Under the pieces are notes generated by a model, which did no database searches, was not told the origin of the DNA, and worked only from the letters and a program-made list of their open reading frames with translations. A stretch of 64,000 nucleotides of DNA from the human T2T-CHM13v2.0 reference genome, Homo sapiens. Position 1 is the stretch's first letter. Every line of letters begins with the position of its first letter. The DNA is taken from assembly GCF_009914755.1 (NCBI RefSeq), contig NC_060933.1; one strand, written 5' to 3'. Below, one piece after another: positions 1 through 12,184 of this stretch. The translations under genes and the position numbers were made by a program.

Positions 1-1079
1 CCTGTCATCCTTATGACCATTCCCCTGGCCGTCTGGCTGAGATGAGATGTGCATGCCACACCTCCCATGAGACTGCCCTTGGAGAAGGGAAGACCTAAAT
101 GATCTATGGGTGTTTTTCATCCTCCACTATCTGGGCTCAATCTCATGGTTACTGCACAGAATCCCATAGAGACAGAATTAAGCCAAAGTTTTAGACATTT
201 CAAATAAAATTACTTACAGATTCTATTCTGGAAGTAAGACCTCTCAAAAGGCCATACTTCTTTTCTCTGAAAGAAACCCTCAATCTCCTGAAAGAGTTTG
301 ATATTAAATATTTTTAAATCCTATTTTATGGAAGTTGCTCCTTTCCCCCCAAAAAAAATTCTAAAAGAAAGAATAATTTTAGAGCTAGAAGGAGCTTGAA
401 AGATCCTATAGCCTAATTACTTTGTTAAAAAATTAAGACCACAGAATGCTTTATCAAATCAAATGTTACTATGAAGCCAATAATCTTAAACAGATAAAAT
501 TAGAGCTGTTTTGGTTTAAGTTTGAGTAGGGGTCTCAGATCTCCAACGGCTGGGTCTCCTCATCACCTGAGAAGCCCCCGAATCACTTCCTCAACATAGT
601 TATGGAACACAGTTTTAAAATCCCTGCTCTAGCTTAGCTTCCTTATTCCAGAGATATGGAAATTGAAGCTAGAGAAAGAGCTAGACTTGACCAAAGTCAT
701 AACCCAGTCTTCTGACCTGAAACTCTGTTTTTATGTTTCTACTTAGCAGCCTTAAAACGACCATGCTCTTTTAAATTTTCAGGCTTCTTACTTCCATCCC
801 ACCTGATCCTTGGATTTAGCGCTGTCATTTACAATAAAATAAGGAATGGGTGGAATCTGGAACCCATAATTTTCAGACTATAAAAGCAATGGGTTTGATT
901 CTCACCACTATCCTTTGCATCTTAAATTTCTTTCAGGGTAGCATATATCACAGCACATCACACAGAATAGTGTCACTTCAATATGTTAGCATATAACACT
1001 TGAAAATATAAGATCATTTTTTGTTTGTTTTTTAACCATCATTTTTCAAGTTAACGTGGCACACTCCCACAGCCCTCAT

Positions 1080-1500
1080 TCAGGCAAGCCTGGAGATGAC
1101 AGCCTCCTTCCCCGATGCCCTGCCTCCCATCCATCTCCTGCTTGCATCCCTTCCATACAATGTTGCCAGATTAACCTTCTCAAAACACCTCTTTCATCAT
1201 GTCACCCCCCTCTTCAGTGGCTTCCCACTGCCTTATGGACCAATTACAAACCTCTTGTCTGAAAATTAAAGGTCTCCAAACTAACCCTCAAGCTCCTGAC
1301 ACTTAGAACTTGAGCCCTCTGTTCTGTCAAACTGTTCTGTCCCATGCCTGCCTTGGGACTCCTACACTGAAATTATTATCTTTTTTCTGGAAATTTCCCT
1401 GTCTCCCATCTGATCCCTGTTTCTCTGCACCCACCCAGACTCCAATCATCTTCAAGACCTTGGTGAGGAAATCCCTAGTGTACTATAAGCATTACATTAT
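1080..1500 (+). mobile_element. L2 LINE fragment
   Basis: gccagattaaccttctcaaaacac...catgtcacccc...cagtggcttcccactgcc resembles the L2 3' region. Confidence 0.6.
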
Positions 1501-1576
1501 TGTTACCATTAATTTTATACTACTTTACTTGTCTTCTAATTGTATGTTTTTACCAAATTCTGTAATTACAATTCTA

Positions 1577-2085
1577 TAAACAGCTTTATTGAGGTATAAT
1601 TTATATATTATAAAATTTGACTTAGTATGTTTTTAAGGTTTATCTGTGTTGTAGCACATATAAGAACTATACTCCTTTTAATGGCTGAATAATATTCCAC
1701 TGTATAGATATGGCATATTTTGTTTATTCATTCACCAGCTGATAGGTATTGGGTGATTTTCACTTTTGGCAATTATGAATCATACTGCTATGAATGTTTG
1801 CACACAAGTCTTTGTGTGGATGTATGTTTTTGTCTCTCTTGGGTAGATACCCAGTAGTAAAATTGCTAGGTCTCATGGTAAATTTATGTTTAACTTTGTA
1901 AGAAACTACCAATCTGTTTTCTAAAGAGGCTGTATCATTTTACTTTCCCACCAGTAATGAGTGAAACTGCTAATTTTCCATATCCTCACCAACACTTGTT
2001 GTCTTTTTTTTTTATTATTATTATGGCCATTCTAGTGGATATGAAGTTGTATCTCATGGTGGTTTTGACTTATATTTCCCAAATG
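1577..2085 (-). mobile_element. Old L1M (L1MB/L1ME-like) 3' fragment
   Basis: cagctttattgaggtataatt...atggctgaataatattccactgta...catattctcaccaacacttg-type antisense L1 3' sequence. Confidence 0.8.
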
Positions 2086-2695
2086 GACTATTTCATTTTA
2101 ACAATGCATTTGGGATTTTCCCCTCATTTGAATGACAGCTCTTTGAGATTAGGAACTATTCTTGCACATCTTTTCTTCTTAACATCTAGCACCCTACCTT
2201 AGACAAAGTAGATTCATAACTACCTAATGCTTGACACTAAAATATTGTCACTTACTTGTGAAGGAAGGAAAAAGGAATTAGCAATAATTGTCATTTCTAT
2301 GTATGGCATTTAAAATATATTATCTCACTTAATTCCCAGGCTTGCAAACTAAGCATAAGTGGAAACAGACGAGAGAATTTAAGTAACTTGCCAACTAGTG
2401 AAATACTGAGCTGGGATTTAAACACTCCATAACTCTCTAACTCTGAAGCCCAGACTATATATGTAAAATAGATAAAAGGTCTTCAGGAAACCTCAGAGTA
2501 GAAAATCTTAGAGTGCAAAATGTCTACAAGATGGGCAGGTCTTCCACATTGTGACCTCATAATTAGTATTTCTATCACAGTGGTTATTGCTTTTCCAAGC
2601 AAATTTCTCATATTTTGATGAGTTTGACAGTCTATTAAAAAATTAGCTTCTAGTTCCCAGAATTTATGTGCATTTGGCCTTTCTTTCTCCACCAG

Positions 2696-2849
2696 TGTTC
2701 CACAAGCTGCGGGGAAGGCACCCAGACTCGAAGCGCCATTTGCCGAAAGATGCTGAAAACCGGCATCTCAACGGTTGTCAATTCCACCCTGTGCCCGCCC
2801 CTGCCTTTCTCTTCCTCCATCAGGCCCTGTATGCTGGCAACCTGTGCAA
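2696..2849 (+). CDS. ADAMTSL1: ADAMTSL1 exon (154 nt), C-terminal part of a thrombospondin type-1 repeat
   Basis: Acceptor ttctccaccag|TGT and donor GCAA|gtaagt. Encodes CSTSCGEGTQTRSAIC...RPCMLATCA. CSTSCGEG fits the TSR CxxS/TCxxG O-fucosylation motif. Confidence 0.97.
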
Positions 2850-3709
2850 GTAAGTATGTCAGGGCTCTGGGAATGGGGAGATGAAACCCACACAGCAGCA
2901 GCTATAGCCACCACGCCGTGGCCTTCCCTAAACTCAAGACCTGTGGGAAATAGTGGGACAGTAGAACCCCATGGAGGGCTGCAGGCAGGAGAGCTCAGCT
3001 GGAGACGGAAAAGGAATCTTAATTACACGTGGCCAGGCTAAATTCTCCTCTCCACTGGAAAAACAGTTTGAAGGGGGGTAGAGCAAAGTTCACTTGCTGG
3101 CATACAGAGATCTGGAAGCTGGAGGCAGTGTATTACTAATGATGTCTAATGTTATCCACTCTGGGGTTTTAAACGACTCTAAACAGATTTGTTCTGTTTA
3201 ATATTAATCCCTAGAGCCGCAACACTTCTAGGCTGTCCTTACCATGTCCTTTAGGGCTCTGGTGCCTTGCAGGACCCAGAAGGCAAACATTTAGCGGAAG
3301 ACATTCTCCTCTCTGTCCTCTGCCTCTTTTTATGACGTTGATTTCTTGTTTAAAAATTATTTTAATGAGAGGAAATGCTTTCCCCCGGGATCCCCCTCCA
3401 TCTAGAACTCTGCATCTCAGCTTCTAGGAGCAACAAGGCCCAGCAGGGAGACATTGGGTTGCCCACTGCATCTCATTAGTTCTGATTGTGGTGGCAGCTT
3501 GATGGTCCACAGCCGGGAATGAGGTCCTCCCGAAAAACACAGGTAGTAAAGGATGGCCCCGGCCAAAATAAACCCTGAAGAATACTTTCTCTCCCGTCCT
3601 CCGGCACCTTCGTCTCTCCTTCTCTTCTCCACTCTGGCTCTTTCCTTTGCCCCTCTCTCCTGGCTGCATCTCACTCTGGGTTTTCTCTCTCCCCACCTCT
3701 TTCTCTGTC

Positions 3710-4800
3710 CCTTCGGGTTCGCTCTCCTTCCAGGGCCCGGGCGGCCATCCACGAAGCACAGCCCGCACATCGCGGCCGCCAGGAAGGTCTACATCCAGAC
3801 TCGCAGGCAGAGGAAGCTGCACTTCGTGGTGGGGGGCTTCGCCTACCTGCTCCCCAAGACGGCGGTGGTGCTGCGCTGCCCGGCGCGCAGGGTCCGCAAG
3901 CCCCTCATCACCTGGGAGAAGGACGGCCAGCACCTCATCAGCTCGACGCACGTCACGGTGGCCCCCTTCGGCTATCTCAAGATCCACCGCCTCAAGCCCT
4001 CGGATGCAGGCGTCTACACCTGCTCAGCGGGCCCGGCCCGGGAGCACTTTGTGATTAAGCTCATCGGAGGCAACCGCAAGCTCGTGGCCCGGCCCTTGAG
4101 CCCGAGAAGTGAGGAAGAGGTGCTTGCGGGGAGGAAGGGCGGCCCGAAGGAGGCCCTGCAGACCCACAAACACCAGAACGGGATCTTCTCCAACGGCAGC
4201 AAGGCGGAGAAGCGGGGCCTGGCCGCCAACCCGGGGAGCCGCTACGACGACCTCGTCTCCCGGCTGCTGGAGCAGGGCGGCTGGCCCGGAGAGCTGCTGG
4301 CCTCGTGGGAGGCGCAGGACTCCGCGGAAAGGAACACGACCTCGGAGGAGGACCCGGGTGCAGAGCAAGTGCTCCTGCACCTGCCCTTCACCATGGTGAC
4401 CGAGCAGCGGCGCCTGGACGACATCCTGGGGAACCTCTCCCAGCAGCCCGAGGAGCTGCGCGACCTCTACAGCAAGCACCTGGTGGCCCAGCTGGCCCAG
4501 GAGATCTTCCGCAGCCACCTGGAGCACCAGGACACGCTCCTGAAGCCCTCGGAGCGCAGGACTTCCCCAGTGACTCTCTCGCCTCATAAACACGTGTCTG
4601 GCTTCAGCAGCTCCCTGCGGACCTCCTCCACCGGGGACGCCGGGGGAGGCTCTCGAAGGCCACACCGCAAGCCCACCATCCTGCGCAAGATCTCAGCGGC
4701 CCAGCAGCTCTCAGCCTCGGAGGTGGTCACCCACCTGGGGCAGACGGTGGCCCTGGCCAGCGGGACACTGAGTGTTCTTCTGCACTGTGAGGCCATCGGC
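3710..4800. promoter_or_regulatory. Intragenic (exonic) CpG-island-like region
   Basis: Dense CpG and high GC over the large exon, against CpG-depleted AT-rich flanks. Judged by eye; ratios not computed. Confidence 0.75.
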
Positions 4801-4859
4801 CACCCAAGGCCTACCATCAGCTGGGCCAGGAATGGAGAAGAAGTTCAGTTCAGTGACAG
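3734..4859 (+). CDS. ADAMTSL1: ADAMTSL1 large exon (1126 nt): Ig-like domain 1, long linker, first half of Ig-like domain 2
   Basis: Acceptor ctccttccag|GG and donor GACAG|gtgagc. Lies within ORF 3553-4863. Ig hallmarks: LRC...ITW...DAGVYTC and LHCEAIGHPRPTISW. Confidence 0.97.
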
Positions 4860-7800
4860 GTGAGCCTTGTAGCTAACCTGGTCTTGGGAGGGAGGCAAGG
4901 GGCCACATCTGGCCCAAGTCACACTACTTACACATTCTTCAAGGTGTTTCCAGGGGTAGGGCTTAGAGCTGGCCTCGGGGACCCCATCATGGGGTGCAGG
5001 CCCTCTCTTAGCACTGATAGACTACTGGAGCAAAGACAAGCTATTTCATTTTTCTAAACTGTCTGTTCTCATCTTTATAAGGAAATAGCAACATTGCCTA
5101 CCCACTCCTATCCCTGTAGGATCCCAAAGATAAATGAGATACTCTCTGGATAGCTTTGAACTTTTGGCAGAAAGACATCATTCCAGGCCAAGGCATTATT
5201 ATGTTACTACTCTGTAAGATGAACCATGGAAAAGCTTTGACACTGGAACACTGACTCCGTGTGTGTGGTCCCCCAGGGCTGGGCAGAGAATGCAGCCAGC
5301 ACCTGCTGTTTCCCATGGGTGAGCCCATCGTGTATCTGTGCTGGACAAGGCTGTTTGTTCCAGAAAGCTTTTATTCCCAGTGGGACCTGTGATTGGTTAT
5401 CCTAATATCTCCTGTTGTCTCTGTTTTGATGTATCATTATCAGGATGACAGCATGTATCACTTCCTTGTCTCTCTGGGTCATAGCCATTCATAATGTAGA
5501 ATCAATAGTGGTAGTAGAATTAATAATATTTTTTACCGCTACCTGTGCCTTACTTTGTACATATTTTGTCTCTTTTAATCTTTACAGGGGCCCTGGCAAT
5601 GAAGATGGTTGTCATTAATTGATTAGTGACTATCTGCCAGGCAAATATAAACTCTTTATGTGTTTTATCTCACTGAATAGAAGTGGATACAATTTTTATC
5701 CACACCTTATAGAACAGGAAATACATAAAGTTAAGTAATTTACTAAAGGTTGTATTTATTATGTGGCAGAGCTACGATATGCAACAAAAAGAACTTCCTT
5801 ATGGGTAGTCACTTTAAAGAATCACGGAATCATAGTCCTTTAGTCTAGATTCCTCATTTTAACCTTCTATCTTCTCAGAATCCAAGCATAATGCTCTTTT
5901 CATTAAGTCTATATCTAAATGCTATTGTTTGACTAATAGTCTTCTCTGGCTTGCTAGCTTTTGGTAAGGAAGGAAAGAAGCCAGCATTTATTGTTCCAGG
6001 CACTATGCCAAGTTTATTTATAAGTAACTGCATTTTTTATTCTAACATTCAATCCACATGATTGACATTATCCTCCAGTTTTATGTAGAAAACCAAGGTT
6101 CAGCAGCTCACCCAAGATCACATTTTAGTAAGAGCTGAAACAAGCATTCAATATCAAGTTTATTTGATTCCAAGGAAGAGTTCTGTCTACTCTTCTGAGA
6201 CTCGGTGAATAGATATATAATAACTTTTGTCCATCCTGCACACATCATTTTTTGCCTTTGTAATGTCAATAATACTGCCTCTCAGCCTTAGTACTTATAG
6301 ACCAAATACCTTTGATAACAATACTAAGTATTATTTCTTTGTGCTCCAACTGTATGCCAGACATAGTGCTCAGTGCTTTAAAGGCATTATCTTGTTTAAT
6401 TTTCCCTCAAGATCGTAGGAACTAGTAGGTACTATTGTAGTTACCACATCTTAGATAGAAAGCTGAGGGACAGATGTTGGACCCACATAGAAACACTGGA
6501 AATGGTCTGAACACAGGCAGCATGCCCCAGAGCTTGTGCTTTTAACCTGCCCCTCTGTCCACGCCCTCCAGCCCCCACAACTCATACTTTCCTTAATCAG
6601 CTTAACTGCTCTTATCCCTGTCATTTTCTCCAAAAAATCCTTATAACATGGTTGGAAAGACTTCAGTCGAGCCCTTTGAGGTCACTGAGTGGCAGCTCCA
6701 GTGTGTGGACCCAGGGTGATGAGGGGTGGCCTGATACTCAGTCCTATCGGTGCACCTGCTGTACCTATTACACCACTATGATGCCCTCTCCTCTACCAGC
6801 CAGTCAGTTTATCAAGTGTAGGTACAACGTTTTATTTCTATCCCCTGGGCCTATTGCCTGGGATTGGTACTATTGGGATTGAAGGGAATCACGACTGGCT
6901 GCATGAGGGAAAAGATGGAAATTAACATCTTCCTACTTCCTCCTAAAAAGCTGTGGAACGAGACAGGGCAATGGGAAGGGGTCATCAGGACTCTGCTCAG
7001 CCTTTGCCTGCAGGGAGAACATTGAGCCCCTGGATTAGAGGTCCTGACAATTTCTTTGAGTGTTGGAGACTTTTTATGAAATCCAAGGCCCATGGCCCAT
7101 CTAGGTCACCTGGTGACTGCAGGAATGATGTGGAAGGAGGTAGACAAGCATTGAGGGGTCCAATCTGATCTTGCCAAGGCCCTGCACTTTTCACGGTCTT
7201 AGTCTCTTCATTTCATAAATGAGGAGACTGTACCATATCATCTGTGACATCCCTCCTACCTCCTTCCCTCATTTACGGAAGGCCACGGAAGGTTAAAACC
7301 CATATGCTGATGGGAGAACCTTGACCACAGTAACTTCAGAAGTTGTGGCACAAGTTGTTTCTAAATGCTCCACAAACAGGCTCAGTGATCACAAGAGTTT
7401 GAGAAGGGCAAACTTAAGGCTAAACAGATGTATGTACTGCTGGATTTTATGTCTATTTTTTTAATATCACACTTGATTTTTTATTATAAAAGTAATAAAA
7501 GGGCTATAAAACAATTCAAATATCTAAATCTATAAAAAGTACAAGCCTCCCTCTTCCCCCCAATGCTCCCAGAGGCTATCATTCTTAATAATTTGGTATA
7601 CATCCTTTTAGAATGTTTATATATTTTACTGTATTACATAAAAAGCATATATGCACACATAGGATTTGGGTTTTTTAATAGGATATTAGTCATGTTCAGA
7701 AATGTGACTGGTTTTTACTTAACAGCATGTCTATGAGATGTTTTCATAATAGTAGGTAGAGGTCTATATTACCTTTTTTAACAGCTGATTACTGTTCCTG

Positions 7801-9019
7801 AATGCATTTAACTATCCCCCAACTGAAAATTATTTGGGATTTTTCTTTTTATTTTACTCTTTTAAGCATTCCAATGTGTGTTGTGACTTTCCAAGTGGAC
7901 AATATAGTATGCTGTGGTTTCAAAGTTCTCCTTTAATCACTGAACAATTTTTCGGCTTAGTAATCTCAGGAACACCAATAATTCTTGAAATAGCACTTAG
8001 GAAACACACTTTGGCCCTTTTAATTTTTACCTTAATGGGCATTGAGAGTCTAACTCCAATGGCTTTAAGATGGAGAAGGTTCAGTGGAATCTTGATAGAA
8101 ACAGAGACTTGGCAGCCAGGTGCAAAGAACACTAAAGCACTGGGCCTAGGCAAGCAGAGGGAAAGTCCTGGATTCTCCATCATCCAGGACATTGTTGTGG
8201 GGGAGGGTAGCACTAAGAGGGTAAGAGGGAAGATACCTGAGAGGCAGGAACAAACAGTTTTTGCTGCCATCACATTTTTTATTTTTCTGGATCTAGGCTT
8301 GACTAAGCTTTTCAATGCACGTTAATGGCATGTGGTAAGGAAAAATAAGACATTTCCCTTTCTGACCTTTGACATCACAATTTTTCCATTTTTGCTGGCT
8401 GTTCAATAAGAAATACGGCTGGAGCTTAGTTTTCTCTATCTTTCAAGTTCTGTTTAAGAAAAGAGTGAATGTATCTGCACAGATCATGCAGGAGGCACAG
8501 AGCTGCCATTAGGACTGCTTTGCTGTGGGCTGTTGGTGACCTTTCCTGTGTTGGGTTTCATTGCTTGTCATCATTACTATGTCTGGTAGTGGTTCAGAAA
8601 TGCTCATTTATTTTCAAACAGAAGTGCTGAAATGTCCAGTGTTATAGTTCAGTTAGTCTGTTTTTGCTAAAGGCCCAAATCTACCTTCTGAGCATCTGCA
8701 AGATTCAGCTGTGTGTTGGTCTGTGGGACTTTGCAATTTGTTAAAGTATCCTCCAAATAGCATGAGCCAGCAAGATAGGTCCAGGTCAGAAAAAAGTGAG
8801 AGAAGTCTGTTATTTCTTTGCTTTTAAATATTCCAAAGTTTGATTTGAAAGAATTTAGTTTTAGAAAAGAATCACTAATAATTCTGATACTACTGTGTCT
8901 CATCATTTATATAACTTACTAGTTGAAATTCACATAGTTCTCAGAAATGCATGTCTGTCAACTTCTCAAGCAGTCGTTTACAGGGTGTCCTTAGTGTGTT
9001 ATGACTGGCTGGTTCATCA

Positions 9020-10080
9020 TAATCCCTACTTCCTTTTTCCTTTATTCTGCAAACAATCTCATGCCTACTCTAAGCCAGACTCTGTGTTAGACACTAGGGA
9101 TGGAGGAAAAGAAGATTCATTTCCTGTTGATGAAATTCAAAGTCCAGTTTGGGAGCCAGAGGAGTAAATGCAGTATTATAAGTGCTAAGAAAGAGGTATG
9201 CATATTTATTCATTGCTTAAGTATTTACTAACCTAACTATAATATGCCAGGTATACATCGACTTGCTGGAAATATTGTGATAAATGAAACTATGTTCCCT
9301 TGGAGTTTACATGCATTTGGAGTTCTGCTCAAATGGCACATATTGGAGAGAACTTCCTTGTCCCTGTATCTAAAAGAGCACCGCTCATCATTGTCTATCC
9401 TTTTAACTCTATTTAGATAATTTTATTCTCTGATATGTTACATAAATATTTGTTGATTGCCTTTCCACAAGGCTAAAGACTTTCTTTACGGCTGTATGCC
9501 CAGTAACCGGCACCAAACGTACTAAATAATAGTGAATGAATTAACAAATGAATGGAGCAAGGCAACAAACACATAAAAGTAAGCAAGAAAAAGATCAGGT
9601 GGTGATAAGTGTCAGGCAGAAAATTAAAACGGGTATAATAAGAGAATGATTTGGTGACCGCTTTAGATGGATGTGCTAAGGAGATCACACATAAGCCAAG
9701 ATCTATCTGAATGATGACCAGTGCCCAGCACTGTGATGTGAGGAGGAAGAACACTCCTGGACAAGGGAAAGGCAGTGCGAAAACCCTAAAGCGACAATGA
9801 CTTTGTGTTGAAAGAACTCAAAAGAAGTCCATTTGGCTGTAGTAAGGGAGGCAAAAGGTAGAGGTGGTATGGGATGAGGTTGTGAGGGTAACTGGAGACC
9901 AAGGGAAGGGGTTCGGGTTTTACACTGAGTACTACAGGAAGAATTTGGAGGATGTTAAACAGGAAAGTGACATGATCTGATTTGCATTTTGCAGATTCAC
10001 ATGGGCTAACTTGTGGCATGTGGATTGTAGAGGCACATGATTGGAAGTCGGGGGCTAATAAGGGGCCATTGCAGTAGCCC
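9020..10080. mobile_element. Cluster of L2 fragments in both orientations
   Basis: A sense piece ends in gtgaatgaattaacaaatgaatg (~9320-9552). Antisense pieces flank it, for example ggaaagtgacatgatctgatttgcatttt. Confidence 0.65.
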
Positions 10081-10269
10081 CTACAACACTATTGATCTTT
10101 ACTGGGCATTAGATACATTGAGATGATAAATAAGGCAAGAACACTTCTCTCCAGCAACTAAGAAACCTTCAAGTGCTGGTGTAGGATGAAATAATGTAGG
10201 ACCCCAGTTTGTATTGAACTCCAACTGGTAGAATACTTCTCTTTTAAACTTTTAAAAGTAGATTGAAGA

Positions 10270-10447
10270 GGGATTCAAAAATCCAACGTGCATAATAATT
10301 AACAGGAGCTTGTTAGAATGTAGACTCCCACATCCTCCCCTACCATTAGAAACTCTTTCTACGGTAGGGACCCATAATTTGGAGTTAAACAAGCACCACA
10401 GGTGACTCTGAAGCCAGATTCAAGGATCACTTTGAAGAAGCACAGGT
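10270..10447. mobile_element. MER5-like hAT DNA transposon remnant
   Basis: gagcttgttagaatgtagactccc...taaacaagcaccacaggtgactctgaagc...cactttgaagaagcac. Confidence 0.55.
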
Positions 10448-10508
10448 TTGCTTTGTCAGCTCTAGATTATCACAACAGCTTCCTAATTCATATTTGTATT
10501 CTTTAGAC

Positions 10509-10831
10509 CAGGGGTTGGCAAATTACAGCCAGTGGCTTTAACATCTTTTAAAGGATTATTAAGAATGGCTTTTAAAGAGTTATTAAAAGAGCCAATGAAA
10601 TTGAGCACAGAGCTGTTAGGTTAACTTGCTCAAGTTCTCACACTTAATAAGTGGTAGAGCTGGGATTTGAAACCAGGCATGTAAAGGGTTATTAAAAGAA
10701 TGACTTTTACATTTTTAAAAGGTTATTAAAAACAAACAAAAAATTATAATATACAACAAAGACTACAGGTGGCCCTCAAAGCCTAAAATATTTACTATCT
10801 GTCCCTTTACAGAGAAGTTTACTGCCTCCTG
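10509..10831. mobile_element. MER58(B)-like hAT-Charlie element inserted in an L2
   Basis: Ends are caggggttggcaaa...cctg. The 8-bp TSD is ctttagac (10501-10508) / ctctagac (10832-10839). Internal aagcctaaaatatttactatct...ccctttacaga. Confidence 0.8.
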
Positions 10832-10839
10832 CTCTAGAC

Positions 10840-11362
10840 CATTCACCATGCTACTGCCAGAGCATCTTTCTAGCAAACCTGTCCATGCTGCTTTCATGCT
10901 TAAAAATTCGTTTCATGGCTTGTCATCACTTGAGGATAAAGTCCGGATGCCTTGGCTTTTATCATTTGACATCCGGTTATCTCTCCAGCTTCATCTCTTA
11001 CCATATCCTTGACCTCATAGAACTGAGCTCTGCTCTTCAGCAGTACACAAATACTTGCTGTTCACAAATGTGCCTGGGGCCTTCTGACCCACTTTGTCTG
11101 GCTAACTCCTGCCCTTCCTTACAGGAAGCCTATCCCCAAAGCCAGGTCAGATGACCCCCTCCATCATCCACATAGTACCCTATGCATAATACTCTCTCGG
11201 CCTTACCATTGTGTGTTAAAATTAGCTGTTAGTTTTTCTGGAGTTTATTAATCATTCTCAAGGGCCTATATTTAAGAATGTGTCTTATTTTCTCCGTAAT
11301 TCTAAGAACATGATAGACACTCAACAAATAAAAAACTGAATGAATAAATAAAGGAATGAATA
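10840..11362 (+). mobile_element. L2 3' fragment
   Basis: ctgccagagcatctttcta...gataaagtcc, ending in a tgaatgaataaataaaggaatgaat tail. Confidence 0.7.
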
Positions 11363-11674
11363 GTTGGATGCCCACGATTAGGAGGGAGGTTTTCTTATTG
11401 TGAGGAGGCTGCGGTCTGCAAGGTTTTTTATAGTCTGGATTTCCTATGCCATTGTGGAAGAGTTCCAGAGTGATACCTGTTCCTAACCAAACATTTCTGA
11501 CTTGCTCATATGTTCTCCACTAAAGAAGTTTCAGGAAACCCTGAGATTCTGTGACACAACTGTGCAATTTGAAAAGCACTGCTGTAGTGTGTATAAGTAC
11601 AGAGTAAATCTCCTATCACATCCCGTCTCCCACCACATCCAGGCCAGTGGAGAAATCATCAGGCTCATCATCAC

Positions 11675-12184
<510 letters not shown>

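Noticed and set aside
3417-4817. Long antisense and alternative-frame ORFs (187, 213, 135 aa and others) over the large exon
   Set aside because: These are shadow ORFs of a GC-rich, codon-biased coding exon and its pyrimidine tract, with no independent protein signature.
7834-8325. Overlapping 163-aa (+) and 131-aa (-) ORFs in intronic sequence
   Set aside because: No recognisable domain, non-ATG starts, no convincing splice context, and the start overlaps a decayed L1. Compatible with chance in 64 kb.
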